64,000 nucleotides of DNA from a virus. Under the pieces are notes generated by a model. The model was not told the DNA's origin, did no database searches, and saw only the letters and a list, made by a program, of their open reading frames with translations. The stretch spans positions 1-64,000 of the IMG/VR virus record IMGVR_UViG_3300045988_023742; one strand, written 5' to 3'. Each line of letters begins with the position of its first letter. Within the stretch, counting starts at the first letter, position 1. A program made the position numbers and the translations under genes. This document shows positions 6,238 to 16,005 of the stretch, piece after piece.

Positions 6238-6744
6238 ATGTTTTCTAATTTAAGGTCAGGTAGTCAGGTGTACATTCTTCATAAGGATGCTACTCCTTAT
6301 ATAGAAGTAGGTCAAGTAGTTAGTGTATCTCAACCTATTCCTAGGTACCAAGCAAATAACTTTATGGCTCCACAAGAGCTTGTAGTAGATGTAGTAGTTA
6401 ATGTTAATGGTAATAATATTACTCTACAGAAACTTCCTGCTAGTTTAGATGTGGCAGACCAAGGAACAGCCAATGGTTCATTATTTATATCAACTTCTAG
6501 GGAGTCAATGAATACTGAAATAACATCCCTCAGACAGAAGAGCCAAGATATTATAAATAGCATAGATTACCATAAGAAAGTAGTACAAGATTGTGAGATT
6601 CTATTACAAAGATTAAATCCAGAGTTTGCTGAACAAAAGCAACAGAAGCAAGAGATAGATAATCTCAAGGCTCAGATGTCTGAGATGATGAATGGCATGA
6701 AAGAACTAATGGCTCAAATAAAGAAGGAAACACCTAAATCTTAA
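6238..6744 (+). CDS. Hypothetical protein with a C-terminal coiled coil
   Basis: 168-aa ORF with a C-terminal Gln/Glu/Lys heptad-like region. Confidence 0.6.
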   Translation: MFSNLRSGSQVYILHKDATPYIEVGQVVSVSQPIPRYQANNFMAPQELVVDVVVNVNGNNITLQKLPASLDVADQGTANGSLFISTSRESMNTEITSLRQKSQDIINSIDYHKKVVQDCEILLQRLNPEFAEQKQQKQEIDNLKAQMSEMMNGMKELMAQIKKETPKS

Positions 6745-6749
6745 TAATT

Positions 6750-6974
6750 ATGGGAAGAATATTTCGTATAGTAGATGAAGCTGAAGAGTATCAAAGAGGC
6801 TACAATCAAAGAGAGTCTGATGATAAGATGCTTGAAAGAGCTTTCAAGGAAGGCTGTGAGCATGGCTATAAGAAAGCTATGAGAGAAGCTGAAGGTTATA
6901 ATGAGAGAAGAACTCATACTTATAATGAAGGCTTTGAAGAAAAGATTGAAAGGTTAAAGAAAAAGTATGAATAG
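6750..6974 (+). CDS. Hypothetical small charged protein
   Basis: 74-aa ORF, tightly packed with its neighbours. Confidence 0.5.
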   Translation: MGRIFRIVDEAEEYQRGYNQRESDDKMLERAFKEGCEHGYKKAMREAEGYNERRTHTYNEGFEEKIERLKKKYE

Positions 6975-6976
6975 TT

Positions 6977-7372
6977 ATGAGGCAGAATTTCAAGATTAAG
7001 AAGTACAATTGGAGCATAGTCATTTATTACACAGTAAATGAAGCAGAAAAGAAAGAAATCATAGATATGCTTGAAGGTCTAAATTGTGATTCTAGAACTC
7101 TAGATTCAATTAAGAGGAATTTAAGCAATGCAGAACTTGATACAGGTTTTGCTTACTCTAGCTATGATAAACAATGCTCTATTGTGGTTATCCACAAGGC
7201 ATCAAGTATAGGTGAGTTCATCAATACATTTGAGCATGAAAAGAACCACTTGGAGATGCACATCTGTGAGGCATTAGATATTAATCCTTACTCAGAGGAG
7301 GCTGCACACATGAGTGGTGACTTAGCTCAATTAATTCTTGAAGAAGCCTTATATTCTATTGTAGAACTTTAA
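6977..7372 (+). CDS. Small HExxH metallopeptidase-like protein (paralog of 4399..4737)
   Basis: Carries HEKNH plus a downstream acidic helix (SEEAAHMSGDLAQLI). Strand and motif order match the 112-aa protein. Confidence 0.55.
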   Translation: MRQNFKIKKYNWSIVIYYTVNEAEKKEIIDMLEGLNCDSRTLDSIKRNLSNAELDTGFAYSSYDKQCSIVVIHKASSIGEFINTFEHEKNHLEMHICEALDINPYSEEAAHMSGDLAQLILEEALYSIVEL

Positions 7373-7377
7373 TAAAG

Positions 7378-7404
7378 AAGGAGTACTTGTTAGTACTCCT
7401 TTTG
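7378..7404 (+). terminator. Rho-independent terminator
   Basis: Perfect 10-bp stem, aaggagtact (7378-7387) with agtactcctt (7392-7401), a 4-nt loop and a short T run. Confidence 0.6.
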
Positions 7405-7431
7405 TTGTATTATAAGTAACTTCATTAGCTA

Positions 7432-7463
7432 CTTGTTTAGTCCATTTATTCTTACTACCTTTG
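7432..7463 (+). promoter_or_regulatory. Bacteroidota-type promoter of the scaffold and capsid operon
   Basis: CTTG (7432-7435), 20 nt spacer, TACCTTTG (7456-7463), followed by CAC. Confidence 0.6.
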
Positions 7464-7491
7464 CACAGAAGTTTAACAAAGGAGTAAAAAC

Positions 7492-8631
7492 ATGGAAGGT
7501 TTATCATTAGATAACATGATGACTGGAGAAGAGGCAGCAGCACTCTTTGACCCAGAATCTAATAAGGAAGAAACTGAGGAAACTCCCTCAGAGAATCCTA
7601 ATGAAAATAAAGAAGAAAATAAAGAAACTACTGAGGTTATTGATGTAGATACCCTATTTACAGATAAGCCAGAGAGCGTAGGTAGTGAAGATAATAAGGA
7701 ACAGGAAGGCACCTCTTCTAAAGAGGAAACTTCTCCCAACTTCTACTCTTCCATTGCCAAAACCTTTGCAGAAGATGGTGTCTTCCAAGACCTTAATGAT
7801 GAGGCTCTTTCTAAGGTTAATGATGCAGAATCCTTTATAGATTTAATGGAGAAACAGATTCAATCTAAGCTTGATGAAAAGCAAAGAAGAATTGATGAAG
7901 CTCTTAATGCAGGAATAGAACCTACTCAAGTTCAGAAATTTGAGAGTAATATGAAAGTACTTAATAGTATTACTGATGAAGCTATTTCTGAAGAAGGTGA
8001 GAAGGGTGAAAATCTTAGAAAGAACATTATCTATGAGGACTATATTCAGAAGGGTTTCTCTAAGGAGAGAGCTATTAAGGCAGTTGAAAGGTCAATAACT
8101 GCTGGTACTGATATAGAAGATGCTAAAGAAGCTTTGCAGAGTTGTAAAGACCAAGTAACTAAGGCTTACAATGATGCAATTAAAGAAGCAAAGGAAGAAA
8201 AAGCAAATGAAGAGAAAGAGCTAAGAGAGCAAGCAGAAGCTCTCAAGAAATCAATTCTTTCTGATAAGAAACCTTTTGGTGATTTAGAGCTAGATAAGAA
8301 TACTAGACAAAGAGTATTTGATGCTATCTCTAAGCCAGTATTTACTGACCCTGAGACAGGAGATAAACTTACTGCAATCCAAAAGTTTGAAGCTGATAAT
8401 CATAATGACTTTATGAAGTATGTTGGTCTTACTTATGTATTGACTGATGGCTTTAAGTCACTTGATGGTTTAGTTAAAGGTAAAGTAAAGAAGGAAATTG
8501 GTAAGGGTCTAAAGGAGTTAGAGCATACTTTAAACAACACTGCTAGAAACTCAAATGGTACACTTAAATTTGCAAGTGGTGTAGGCTCAGACCCAGAATC
8601 TGCATTTAGAAGATTTACACTTGACATTTAA
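7492..8631 (+). CDS. Putative scaffolding protein
   Basis: 379 aa with a very acidic N-terminus and long charged helical regions. It lies immediately upstream of the capsid-size gene. Confidence 0.45.
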   Translation: MEGLSLDNMMTGEEAAALFDPESNKEETEETPSENPNENKEENKETTEVIDVDTLFTDKPESVGSEDNKEQEGTSSKEETSPNFYSSIAKTFAEDGVFQDLNDEALSKVNDAESFIDLMEKQIQSKLDEKQRRIDEALNAGIEPTQVQKFESNMKVLNSITDEAISEEGEKGENLRKNIIYEDYIQKGFSKERAIKAVERSITAGTDIEDAKEALQSCKDQVTKAYNDAIKEAKEEKANEEKELREQAEALKKSILSDKKPFGDLELDKNTRQRVFDAISKPVFTDPETGDKLTAIQKFEADNHNDFMKYVGLTYVLTDGFKSLDGLVKGKVKKEIGKGLKELEHTLNNTARNSNGTLKFASGVGSDPESAFRRFTLDI

Positions 8632-8647
8632 TATTTAATAAACTATT

Positions 8648-10162
8648 ATGGCTGGACAATTAGGTAAGTTTCAGATGGTTGGTTTTGATGGTTGGAAAGG
8701 CTTAACTAAGCTTAACCACCTGTCATCTATTTTTCAGATGGCACCTCAGAAGGCATCAAACCTAATGGTACAATTGCTAGCAGCAAAGAGAGGTAAAACA
8801 CTTGATACATTCCTTTCTCAATTTCCTGTAAAGGAGTTTGAAGATGATAGTGAATATTACTGGGATGTAGTAGGTTCTAGTAAGAAGAATATTCCTCTTG
8901 TTGAAGCTAGAGATGAAGATGGTAAGAAAGTTGAAGATGGTGATGCACCTGTAGGTGCAGGTACTGCTCCTTTCTATTTGGTATTTGCAGAGGACTACTT
9001 TGCTGATGGTGAGGTTATCTTTGGTAACCTAAATCAAGTTTATCCTTTTAGAATCCTTGGTGATGCTAGAATGGAAGGTACAAATGCTGTATATAAGGTA
9101 GAACTTATGGGTGGTAATACTACAGGCTGTCCTTCAGATAGACTTCAGGCAGGTGAAAGATTCTCTGTAGGTTTTGCTCCTGTTGAAAGAGAGCTTTCTA
9201 GAAAGGTTGGTGACATTAGATTTAGTACACCTGTTTCTATGAGAAATGAGTGGACTACAATCAGAATCCAACATAAGGTTACAGGCTCAATGCTTGGTAG
9301 AAAGCTTGCAGTAGGTATTCCTATGGTAGAGGAAACTCCTAATGGAGGTAAGGTAAGAAAGATTGCTAATATGTGGATGCACCATGTAGACTGGACTCTT
9401 GAGCAGCAATGGGGTGACTATAAGAACATTGCTATGGCTTGGGGTACTTCTAATAGAAATGCTAATGGTGAGTATCTGAACTTTGGTAAGTCAGGTGAGG
9501 TTATCAGAATGGGTGATGGTCTATTTGCTCAGATGGAGGTAGCTAACACTATGTACTACAACAACTTCTCACTAAAGCAACTTGAAGATGCTCTTTATGA
9601 ACTATCAGCAGCTAAGCTTGATATGGGTGAAAGAACATTTGTTATCAAGACAGGTGAGAGAGGTGCTATTCAGTTCCACAAGGCTATTCTTAATACAGTG
9701 TCTGGTTGGACACAGTTTACACTCAATGGTGATGCTCTCAATGTAGTAGAAAAAACACAGAGTAATCTGCATGTTAATTCACTTGCTGCTGGCTTCCAAT
9801 TTGTAGAGTACAGAGCACCTAATGGTGTTAGAGTTAAGGTAGAAGTAGATTCATTCTATGATGACCCAGTACAAAATAAGATTCAGCACCCACTTGGTGG
9901 TCCTGCTAGTTCTTATAGATATGACATCATGGATATTGGTTCTATGGACCAACCTAATATCTTTAAGTGTCAAATCAAGGGAATGCCTGAAGTTAGAGGT
10001 TATGAAAGTGGTTTCAGAAACCCATTCACTGGTGAAGTGAATATTCAGTACATGTCTCATGATGAGGATAGTGCAACCATTCACAAGATGGCAACATTTG
10101 GTGTTTGTGTACTTGACCCAACAAGAACTATGTCACTAATCCCTGCTATCCTACAGGGCTAA
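8648..10162 (+). CDS. Putative major capsid protein
   Basis: 504 aa, the size expected for crAss-like major capsid proteins. It follows the scaffold-like gene, has a dedicated promoter upstream and a strong terminator directly downstream. Confidence 0.55.
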   Translation: MAGQLGKFQMVGFDGWKGLTKLNHLSSIFQMAPQKASNLMVQLLAAKRGKTLDTFLSQFPVKEFEDDSEYYWDVVGSSKKNIPLVEARDEDGKKVEDGDAPVGAGTAPFYLVFAEDYFADGEVIFGNLNQVYPFRILGDARMEGTNAVYKVELMGGNTTGCPSDRLQAGERFSVGFAPVERELSRKVGDIRFSTPVSMRNEWTTIRIQHKVTGSMLGRKLAVGIPMVEETPNGGKVRKIANMWMHHVDWTLEQQWGDYKNIAMAWGTSNRNANGEYLNFGKSGEVIRMGDGLFAQMEVANTMYYNNFSLKQLEDALYELSAAKLDMGERTFVIKTGERGAIQFHKAILNTVSGWTQFTLNGDALNVVEKTQSNLHVNSLAAGFQFVEYRAPNGVRVKVEVDSFYDDPVQNKIQHPLGGPASSYRYDIMDIGSMDQPNIFKCQIKGMPEVRGYESGFRNPFTGEVNIQYMSHDEDSATIHKMATFGVCVLDPTRTMSLIPAILQG

Positions 10163-10169
10163 AATAACA

Positions 10170-10201
10170 AGGGAGGGGACTTAACTCCTCTCCCTATTTT
10201 T
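10170..10201 (+). terminator. Rho-independent terminator after the capsid gene
   Basis: agggagggga (10170-10179) pairs with tcctctccct (10186-10195), with one G-U pair, followed by a T run. Confidence 0.65.
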
Positions 10202-10221
10202 AATTAATGGAGAAGTAAGAA

Positions 10222-11202
10222 ATGGCAAAAGAAACAAAAGTTACAGTAGATGATACTGTGGAAGAGGTAATGATTGAGAAACCAATTGTAGAAACTAAGA
10301 AGGAGGTTACAAAGCCAAAGGTTAGAAAGGAAAGTACAGGTCTTATTAACTGCCTTAGAAATGAAAGGGTTATTGTAAGATATATTCCTAGACAGAGTAG
10401 AATGGTTACTAACCCTAAACACATATTGTATGGTGGAATGGCAGAGAATGCCAAGAGAACTTTTGTAGTTCCAAGATTGACATCAGGTAGATATGTTAAT
10501 GTCCTCACAGACGAGGAGAAGGATTTTCTTGAGGATATTATGGGTCTTGAAGTAAACTCAATGAGTATTTACAATAAGGTTAATAACTTCTGGGATGATA
10601 GTAATGATACTGGTATCTCTAAGGTTACTCTATTAAAGCAGGATAATTATCTTGATTTAAGTGACCCAGAGGATTATATTAGATATAAGATTCTCTTAGC
10701 TAATAAAGACCTCATTGCACCTTCAATGAAGGTTCTTGAAGATTTCCCTAAGGCTACATATCAATTTGTTATTATATCTGAGGATGATGAAACTAAGGCA
10801 GCTAAGAAGGGAATGACTACTATCATGCAGTGCTATACAATGTATGGTAAGCTTGAGGATGATGCAGATGCACTTAGAGTTATTATTGAAACTCTAACAG
10901 GTGTAACTATCCATCCTAATACCAAGAAGGAGTTCTTGCAAGCTAAGATTAATGAGCTTATTCAAGGCAATAGTAAGATGTTCTTAAAGGTAGCTTCTGA
11001 CCCATTGCTACAGACAAAAGTTCTCATTAAGAAATCTATTGAAGCAGGTTTAATTGCACATAGAGGTAATCAGTACTACATTAAGAGTGGTAATGTTCCT
11101 ATGTGTGAAGATGGAGAACCTACATTGAATGTAGCAGCTCAGTGGCTCAATCTACCAAAGAATCAAGATACTAAGTTTAGTCTTGAAGCTAAACTTCAAT
11201 AA
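10222..11202 (+). CDS. Virion-module protein of unknown function
   Basis: 326-aa ORF in the head gene block. Confidence 0.6.
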   Translation: MAKETKVTVDDTVEEVMIEKPIVETKKEVTKPKVRKESTGLINCLRNERVIVRYIPRQSRMVTNPKHILYGGMAENAKRTFVVPRLTSGRYVNVLTDEEKDFLEDIMGLEVNSMSIYNKVNNFWDDSNDTGISKVTLLKQDNYLDLSDPEDYIRYKILLANKDLIAPSMKVLEDFPKATYQFVIISEDDETKAAKKGMTTIMQCYTMYGKLEDDADALRVIIETLTGVTIHPNTKKEFLQAKINELIQGNSKMFLKVASDPLLQTKVLIKKSIEAGLIAHRGNQYYIKSGNVPMCEDGEPTLNVAAQWLNLPKNQDTKFSLEAKLQ

Positions 11203-11218
11203 TATAAATTAAAAGCCC

Positions 11219-12001
11219 ATGACCAACGAAGAATTTAGTAATGAATTTGATGTTCTTTACAATAGTATAACTAGTAATCAGGCTCCTGGGCTTGATGAAT
11301 ATGAGAAGAGTGTCTTCTTAACTAAGGCACAATCTGAGATACTTAGGGAATACTTTAACTCTAGAGTAGATGGTACTAATGGTGGTTTTGATGGAAGTCA
11401 GAAGAGACAATATGACTTTTCATTTTTAATTAAAACTACTATACTAGATGCTAATCTAGCTAATGAGAGTGAAGAAGGATACATTCCTAAGATAGATAAT
11501 AGAGGCTATTTATTTAACTTTCCAGAGGATTACTTTCTTAGTATTAATGAAGTTATTAGGGATGATGAATCCAGCAATAAATTTTATTCTGTAGTTTCAA
11601 TAAGTTATTCTGATTACCAAAGATTAATGACTAAACCTTATGCTTATCCTCCTAAGAGAGTAGCATGGAGATTGTTTATTGGAACAATACAGAAGACCTT
11701 AGAAGATACAACTAAGGTAACAGTTCCTGTAGCAGAAATTATAGGAAAGTTTGTTGGCAACTCAAATAATTGGAATTACACTCTTAGATATGTAAAGAAG
11801 CCTAATCCAATTATCCTTATTAACTTAACTGATGATGATTTGTCTATTGAAGGTAAGAAAACAGAAACTCCTTGTGAGTTTCCTTCTCAGCTACATCAAG
11901 AAATTCTTGAGAGAGCTGTAACATTAGCTAAGATAGCATATCAGGCAGGTTCTACTGCTACTATTGCAGCGCAGTCTAATAAGAATAATCAACAGCAGTA
12001 A
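11219..12001 (+). CDS. Virion-module protein, tandem paralog A
   Basis: Its N- and C-termini align with the next gene: EEFSNEFDVL.., LDEYEKS..LT.AQ, P.PIIL..LTD..LSI.G, ILERAV.LA. Confidence 0.65.
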   Translation: MTNEEFSNEFDVLYNSITSNQAPGLDEYEKSVFLTKAQSEILREYFNSRVDGTNGGFDGSQKRQYDFSFLIKTTILDANLANESEEGYIPKIDNRGYLFNFPEDYFLSINEVIRDDESSNKFYSVVSISYSDYQRLMTKPYAYPPKRVAWRLFIGTIQKTLEDTTKVTVPVAEIIGKFVGNSNNWNYTLRYVKKPNPIILINLTDDDLSIEGKKTETPCEFPSQLHQEILERAVTLAKIAYQAGSTATIAAQSNKNNQQQ

Positions 12002-12003
12002 TT

Positions 12004-12705
12004 ATGACTATAGAGGAATTTAGTAATGAATTTGATGTCCTACTTAATAGTTATGCTGCTAATAATCCTTTTGGTATAGGTCAAGGTCTAACACAACTAG
12101 ATGAATATGAGAAATCAATTCTATTAACAGAAGCTCAAGAATCTATTGTAAGAGACTTATATAATGGCAAACTAACAGGAGATGGCTTTGAATCAACTGA
12201 AGAACAGAGAAGAAATCTTGACTCATTAGTCAATACTCTAGAACTAACATCTAAGGATATTTCAAAACCAAAGATGTCAGATAATTCTGAGTTCTTTCAG
12301 TTACCTTCAGATGTGTGGTTTATTACTTATGAGTCAGTACTTCTATCTGATGAATCTCTAGGATGCAAGAATAATACTAGAGCAGATGTAATTCCTGTAA
12401 GACAGGATGAGTATCATAGTATAAAGAATAATCCTTTTAGAGGACCTTCAGATAAAAGAGTTATAAGAATAGATACTGGCTCTTCAGTAATAGAGCTTAT
12501 ATCTAAATATACAATTCAAAGCTACTTTATAAAGTATCTCAGTAAGCCTAAACCTATTATTCTACAGGACATCACAGATGAAAATCTGTCAATAAATGGA
12601 GAAACAAAGAGGATGGGATGTGAACTAAATACAGTATTACACAGAACTATCCTAGAGAGGGCTGTAGCTTTAGCCATTAAGAGGCTCCCCTCAAAGAATG
12701 TATAA
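12004..12705 (+). CDS. Virion-module protein, tandem paralog B
   Basis: 233 aa, clearly homologous to 11219..12001 when the track translations are compared directly. Confidence 0.65.
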   Translation: MTIEEFSNEFDVLLNSYAANNPFGIGQGLTQLDEYEKSILLTEAQESIVRDLYNGKLTGDGFESTEEQRRNLDSLVNTLELTSKDISKPKMSDNSEFFQLPSDVWFITYESVLLSDESLGCKNNTRADVIPVRQDEYHSIKNNPFRGPSDKRVIRIDTGSSVIELISKYTIQSYFIKYLSKPKPIILQDITDENLSINGETKRMGCELNTVLHRTILERAVALAIKRLPSKNV

Positions 12706-12722
12706 CTTAAATTAATTAAAAG

Positions 12723-13700
12723 ATGGCAACTTTTTCTGTAAATCAGAACAGGCAACTTTTTGTTGCAAAGAAGGTAGTAACCACTACACCAGCAGCAGTT
12801 GGTGACCTTAAGCTTGGTGGTGATAAGGCAAGTACCTATATGTACTTCCAGCATATGGGTTATGGTGGTTTAACAAGGTCAGACAAGATTGACCTAAGTA
12901 ATGTAATGTATGCTAAGACTACTAAGGCGGAGGCACTTTCAAGAAAGTTAAAGAAAGCTACAGTAACTCTTGACTCTGAGGTTAATGGGGGTAACCCAAT
13001 CTCTGGTCAGGACTATGTACTTAGAATTTTCTTCAGACAGTACATTGGCAATTCTGATATTTATCAGGAAGCTAAGTATGGTGTAGTTCATGGCTATAAA
13101 GGCATGACAGCTTCTGACTTCTATAAGACTCTTGCACTTTCATTGGCAATGAATTTCAGTAAGGAGGTTGTTCCTCTTCTTAAGTTTTATCTTAAGACTT
13201 CATCAGGTAATACTGAAGTAACTGCAAGTACAGCTAAGAAAGACTTAACAGATACTTACACTGGTGTTGTAATTGAGGAGGCAGAGCAGCCTTGGAGACT
13301 TGGTGTTAGAAGACAAGAGGAAGTATTCTTTGATGTAATTCCTACAACTGTTCTATTTAATAGTGAGGAAGTTACTTGGGGTACAGTTGAGAATGGTACA
13401 TCTGAAACTACTATCAAGAATGGTAAGAAGATGGCTGACCTTGAGTACTTCTGCATGGGTGAGAGAGGTGACCAATATAGACAAATTGGCTGGCCTCATA
13501 ATCTTGAGACTAAGTACCTTGTAGACCCAGAGAAGGAGTACAATGTACTTGACATTCATTATTACTTCAGTGACAGTGGTGTTAATGTACAGAAGTCTGA
13601 GAAGGATATTACTATCTTATTTGAGAAGTCTGTATCAATGACAGAGCTTGTAGCTGCATTGAAGAAATTGGGTATCACAGTTGAAGACCCTAATGCTTAA
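12723..13700 (+). CDS. Probably an abundant virion protein (an auxiliary capsid role is possible from position only)
   Basis: 325-aa ORF, the fourth gene after the capsid gene, followed by its own terminator hairpin. Confidence 0.55.
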   Translation: MATFSVNQNRQLFVAKKVVTTTPAAVGDLKLGGDKASTYMYFQHMGYGGLTRSDKIDLSNVMYAKTTKAEALSRKLKKATVTLDSEVNGGNPISGQDYVLRIFFRQYIGNSDIYQEAKYGVVHGYKGMTASDFYKTLALSLAMNFSKEVVPLLKFYLKTSSGNTEVTASTAKKDLTDTYTGVVIEEAEQPWRLGVRRQEEVFFDVIPTTVLFNSEEVTWGTVENGTSETTIKNGKKMADLEYFCMGERGDQYRQIGWPHNLETKYLVDPEKEYNVLDIHYYFSDSGVNVQKSEKDITILFEKSVSMTELVAALKKLGITVEDPNA

Positions 13701-13703
13701 TAT

Positions 13704-13733
13704 AAGGGAGGGTAACACCTCCCTTTAATTTTA
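13704..13733 (+). terminator. Rho-independent terminator
   Basis: aagggagg (13704-13711) pairs with cctccctt (13718-13725), with a 6-nt loop and a T-rich tail. Confidence 0.55.
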
Positions 13734-13738
13734 TACCT

Positions 13739-14332
13739 ATGATACAGTTTAATACACTTAAAATAACCCAAGATGGTAAGAATCTTATTATCAATGCATC
13801 AGTGAAGAACTTGAGTTATTATACTAATGTTCTCATAGGTTCAATAGTTATTGATAATCAAGACACTTACTCTGCTAGTGGTCCTAGCAGTAATCCTATA
13901 TATAATCATTCATTTGCTGGTAAGGACTTAGTTACAAATGAAGATATAGCAGGTCTTAAGAATATAAGTATTACAGTCTCTGCAAAGGAACTATTAGATA
14001 ATAATGGAGACTTGAATGATGACATTCTATATGTGTATTTAATAGCAGTAGGAACTCCTTCAGCTGATACTCCATGTGGTATGGATAATGTTAATACATT
14101 AGGTGTAGCACTTAATTTAAGACCTATCTACAACAATGGTATAAACTATATTAAACAAGTAGAATCAACTTGTGAAATACCTAAGGACTTCATAGATTTT
14201 ATACTAAGATATAAAGCACTTGACCTTGCATTAAAGACAGAAAACTATATCCAAGCTAATAAATATTGGAATAAGTTCTTCAAGAATAATAATGTTGTAT
14301 CTCTAAATACTAATAGCTGTGGCTGCACTTGA
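13739..14332 (+). CDS. Virion-module protein of unknown function
   Basis: 197-aa ORF. Confidence 0.55.
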   Translation: MIQFNTLKITQDGKNLIINASVKNLSYYTNVLIGSIVIDNQDTYSASGPSSNPIYNHSFAGKDLVTNEDIAGLKNISITVSAKELLDNNGDLNDDILYVYLIAVGTPSADTPCGMDNVNTLGVALNLRPIYNNGINYIKQVESTCEIPKDFIDFILRYKALDLALKTENYIQANKYWNKFFKNNNVVSLNTNSCGCT

Positions 14333-14672
14333 CTACTTAACTAAAGAAGTTGCAGGAGCTGTTGATAGATATATGTCTATTCTTAGTCATGTTGGATATA
14401 AGTCATATTGTACTGTTGATAAATTATTAGTTTATTCCTTTATAGAAGAAATACTAACTAAATTCAATACAGCAGTTACAGAAGATGATTATAATTCAAT
14501 GGCTAATGTACTTAATTGTCTTTATGGTTCTTGCATGATACCTTTCCCATATTATGTGGAAAGCACAATAGAGCCTGAAGAGACTCCTCTGTTCTATTAT
14601 GATTACTTTAGATTGTCAGAGGATAATAATCTTAGGGCTACAGAGAATAATAATTTAAGGTTAAAAGCATAA
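14319..14672 (+). CDS. Hypothetical protein; the track start is GTG, with ATG 14373 as an alternative
   Basis: 117-aa ORF overlapping the upstream gene by 14 nt. Confidence 0.4.
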   Translation: MAALDYLTKEVAGAVDRYMSILSHVGYKSYCTVDKLLVYSFIEEILTKFNTAVTEDDYNSMANVLNCLYGSCMIPFPYYVESTIEPEETPLFYYDYFRLSEDNNLRATENNNLRLKA

Positions 14673-14688
14673 AAAATTCACTTAAACT

Positions 14689-14720
14689 GTTGTAGATATG
14701 GCAGAATTTTGTTATATTTG
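14689..14720 (+). promoter_or_regulatory. Bacteroidota-type promoter
   Basis: GTTG (14689-14692), 20 nt spacer, TATATTTG (14713-14720), followed by CAG. Confidence 0.5.
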
Positions 14721-14744
14721 CAGCAGTTTTTTATTTATATACAA

Positions 14745-15470
14745 ATGAGTACATTCAGGGAAATTGTCTATATGTGTTCAGACCAATTAAAGTTATCATC
14801 TGATGATACCTTTTTTACTAATGACCACATATTATATTTGCTTAAGAAATACAGAGGACTTTTCTTATCACAAAAATATAAAGATGTTAGAAAAGAAATA
14901 CCTGAGTCAAATTATCAGACTATATGTCTTGACCTGATACAAGTTCCTGCAATAAGTGGAGAACCTTGTGAAGGAGGAGCATTTCTTAGAACTAGAAATA
15001 AGATACCAACATTAATGTCAGTAGGTGCTACAAAGGTATATCCTGTGGATTATTATGTTGGAGATATTACTCTAGTTACAAGAGAAAGAATGAAATATGT
15101 TGGGCATAATAGATGGTTACAGAATATTATCTACTGTTCAATAGCTCCTGATGGATATATGTATTTCAAGTCTTCTAATCCTCAATATCTACATTTAGAG
15201 AATATAAGGGTAACAGGTATCTTTGAAGATATAGATGAAGTAGAGAAGTTATCTTGTGATAACAATAAAACTTGTGATATTCTTGATAGTAAGTTTCCAA
15301 TGGAAGAAGCTTTAATTCCTCAGTTAATAGAAACTGTAGTTAAGTTTATGACAAGTGGTTTATATAAACCAGAGGATGTAGAGAATAATGCTAATGATGA
15401 CTTATCTACTATGATGTCCTTTATAAGGAACAATATGAAGTCTAACTTACAAAAGCAAATAGAAGGTTAA
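14745..15470 (+). CDS. Virion-module protein of unknown function
   Basis: I prefer the ATG at 14745 (MSTFREIV...) because the track start at 14709 lies upstream of the promoter -7 box (14713-14720), so the first codons of that ORF run through it. Confidence 0.55.
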   Translation: MSTFREIVYMCSDQLKLSSDDTFFTNDHILYLLKKYRGLFLSQKYKDVRKEIPESNYQTICLDLIQVPAISGEPCEGGAFLRTRNKIPTLMSVGATKVYPVDYYVGDITLVTRERMKYVGHNRWLQNIIYCSIAPDGYMYFKSSNPQYLHLENIRVTGIFEDIDEVEKLSCDNNKTCDILDSKFPMEEALIPQLIETVVKFMTSGLYKPEDVENNANDDLSTMMSFIRNNMKSNLQKQIEG

Positions 15471-16003
15471 TGGATAACTTTAGGAGAGAAGTACTTAAAG
15501 TGGATAAACCAAGAGTTCATAAAGTAAAGAACTCATTAGGTGTTTATGATGCTTATAAGTGGTTAAGGAAGAATAAATGGTTAGGTATGGAGCCTATATC
15601 AGAGCATGACTTTTATGCAATTATAAGAACTATGAACAAAGCCATTGCAAAAAGCTTTCTTCATTTAGGCTCTATTAAATTGCCTGAAAGAATGGGTGAA
15701 ATAACATTAAGAAAATATCAAGCTAAAATAATATTAAAGAATGGTAAAGTACAAACTAATCTCCCTATTGATTGGGATGCTACTCTTAATCTCTGGTCTG
15801 AGGATAAAGATTCCTATGAAAAAAGAACTCTTATAAGAGCAGAAGAAAGAGAAATATTTAAAGTGATTTATGATAAGAGTAAAGCACTATATAATAACAA
15901 ATCCTTCTATACATTTGAACTTAATAGAGATATTAAAATATCCCTTAAGAGACAATTAAAGAATGGATTATTAGATGCTTTTATGTTATGTGGAAAGACT
16001 TAA
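15470..16003 (+). CDS. Possible HU/IHF-like DNA-binding protein
   Basis: EHDFYAIIRTMNKAIAKSFLHLGSIKLPERMGEITLRKYQAK..NGK resembles the helix-helix-beta-arm layout of HU/IHF. An IHF-like gene is a known component of crAss-like structural modules. Confidence 0.35.
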   Translation: MDNFRREVLKVDKPRVHKVKNSLGVYDAYKWLRKNKWLGMEPISEHDFYAIIRTMNKAIAKSFLHLGSIKLPERMGEITLRKYQAKIILKNGKVQTNLPIDWDATLNLWSEDKDSYEKRTLIRAEEREIFKVIYDKSKALYNNKSFYTFELNRDIKISLKRQLKNGLLDAFMLCGKT

Positions 16004-16005
16004 GT

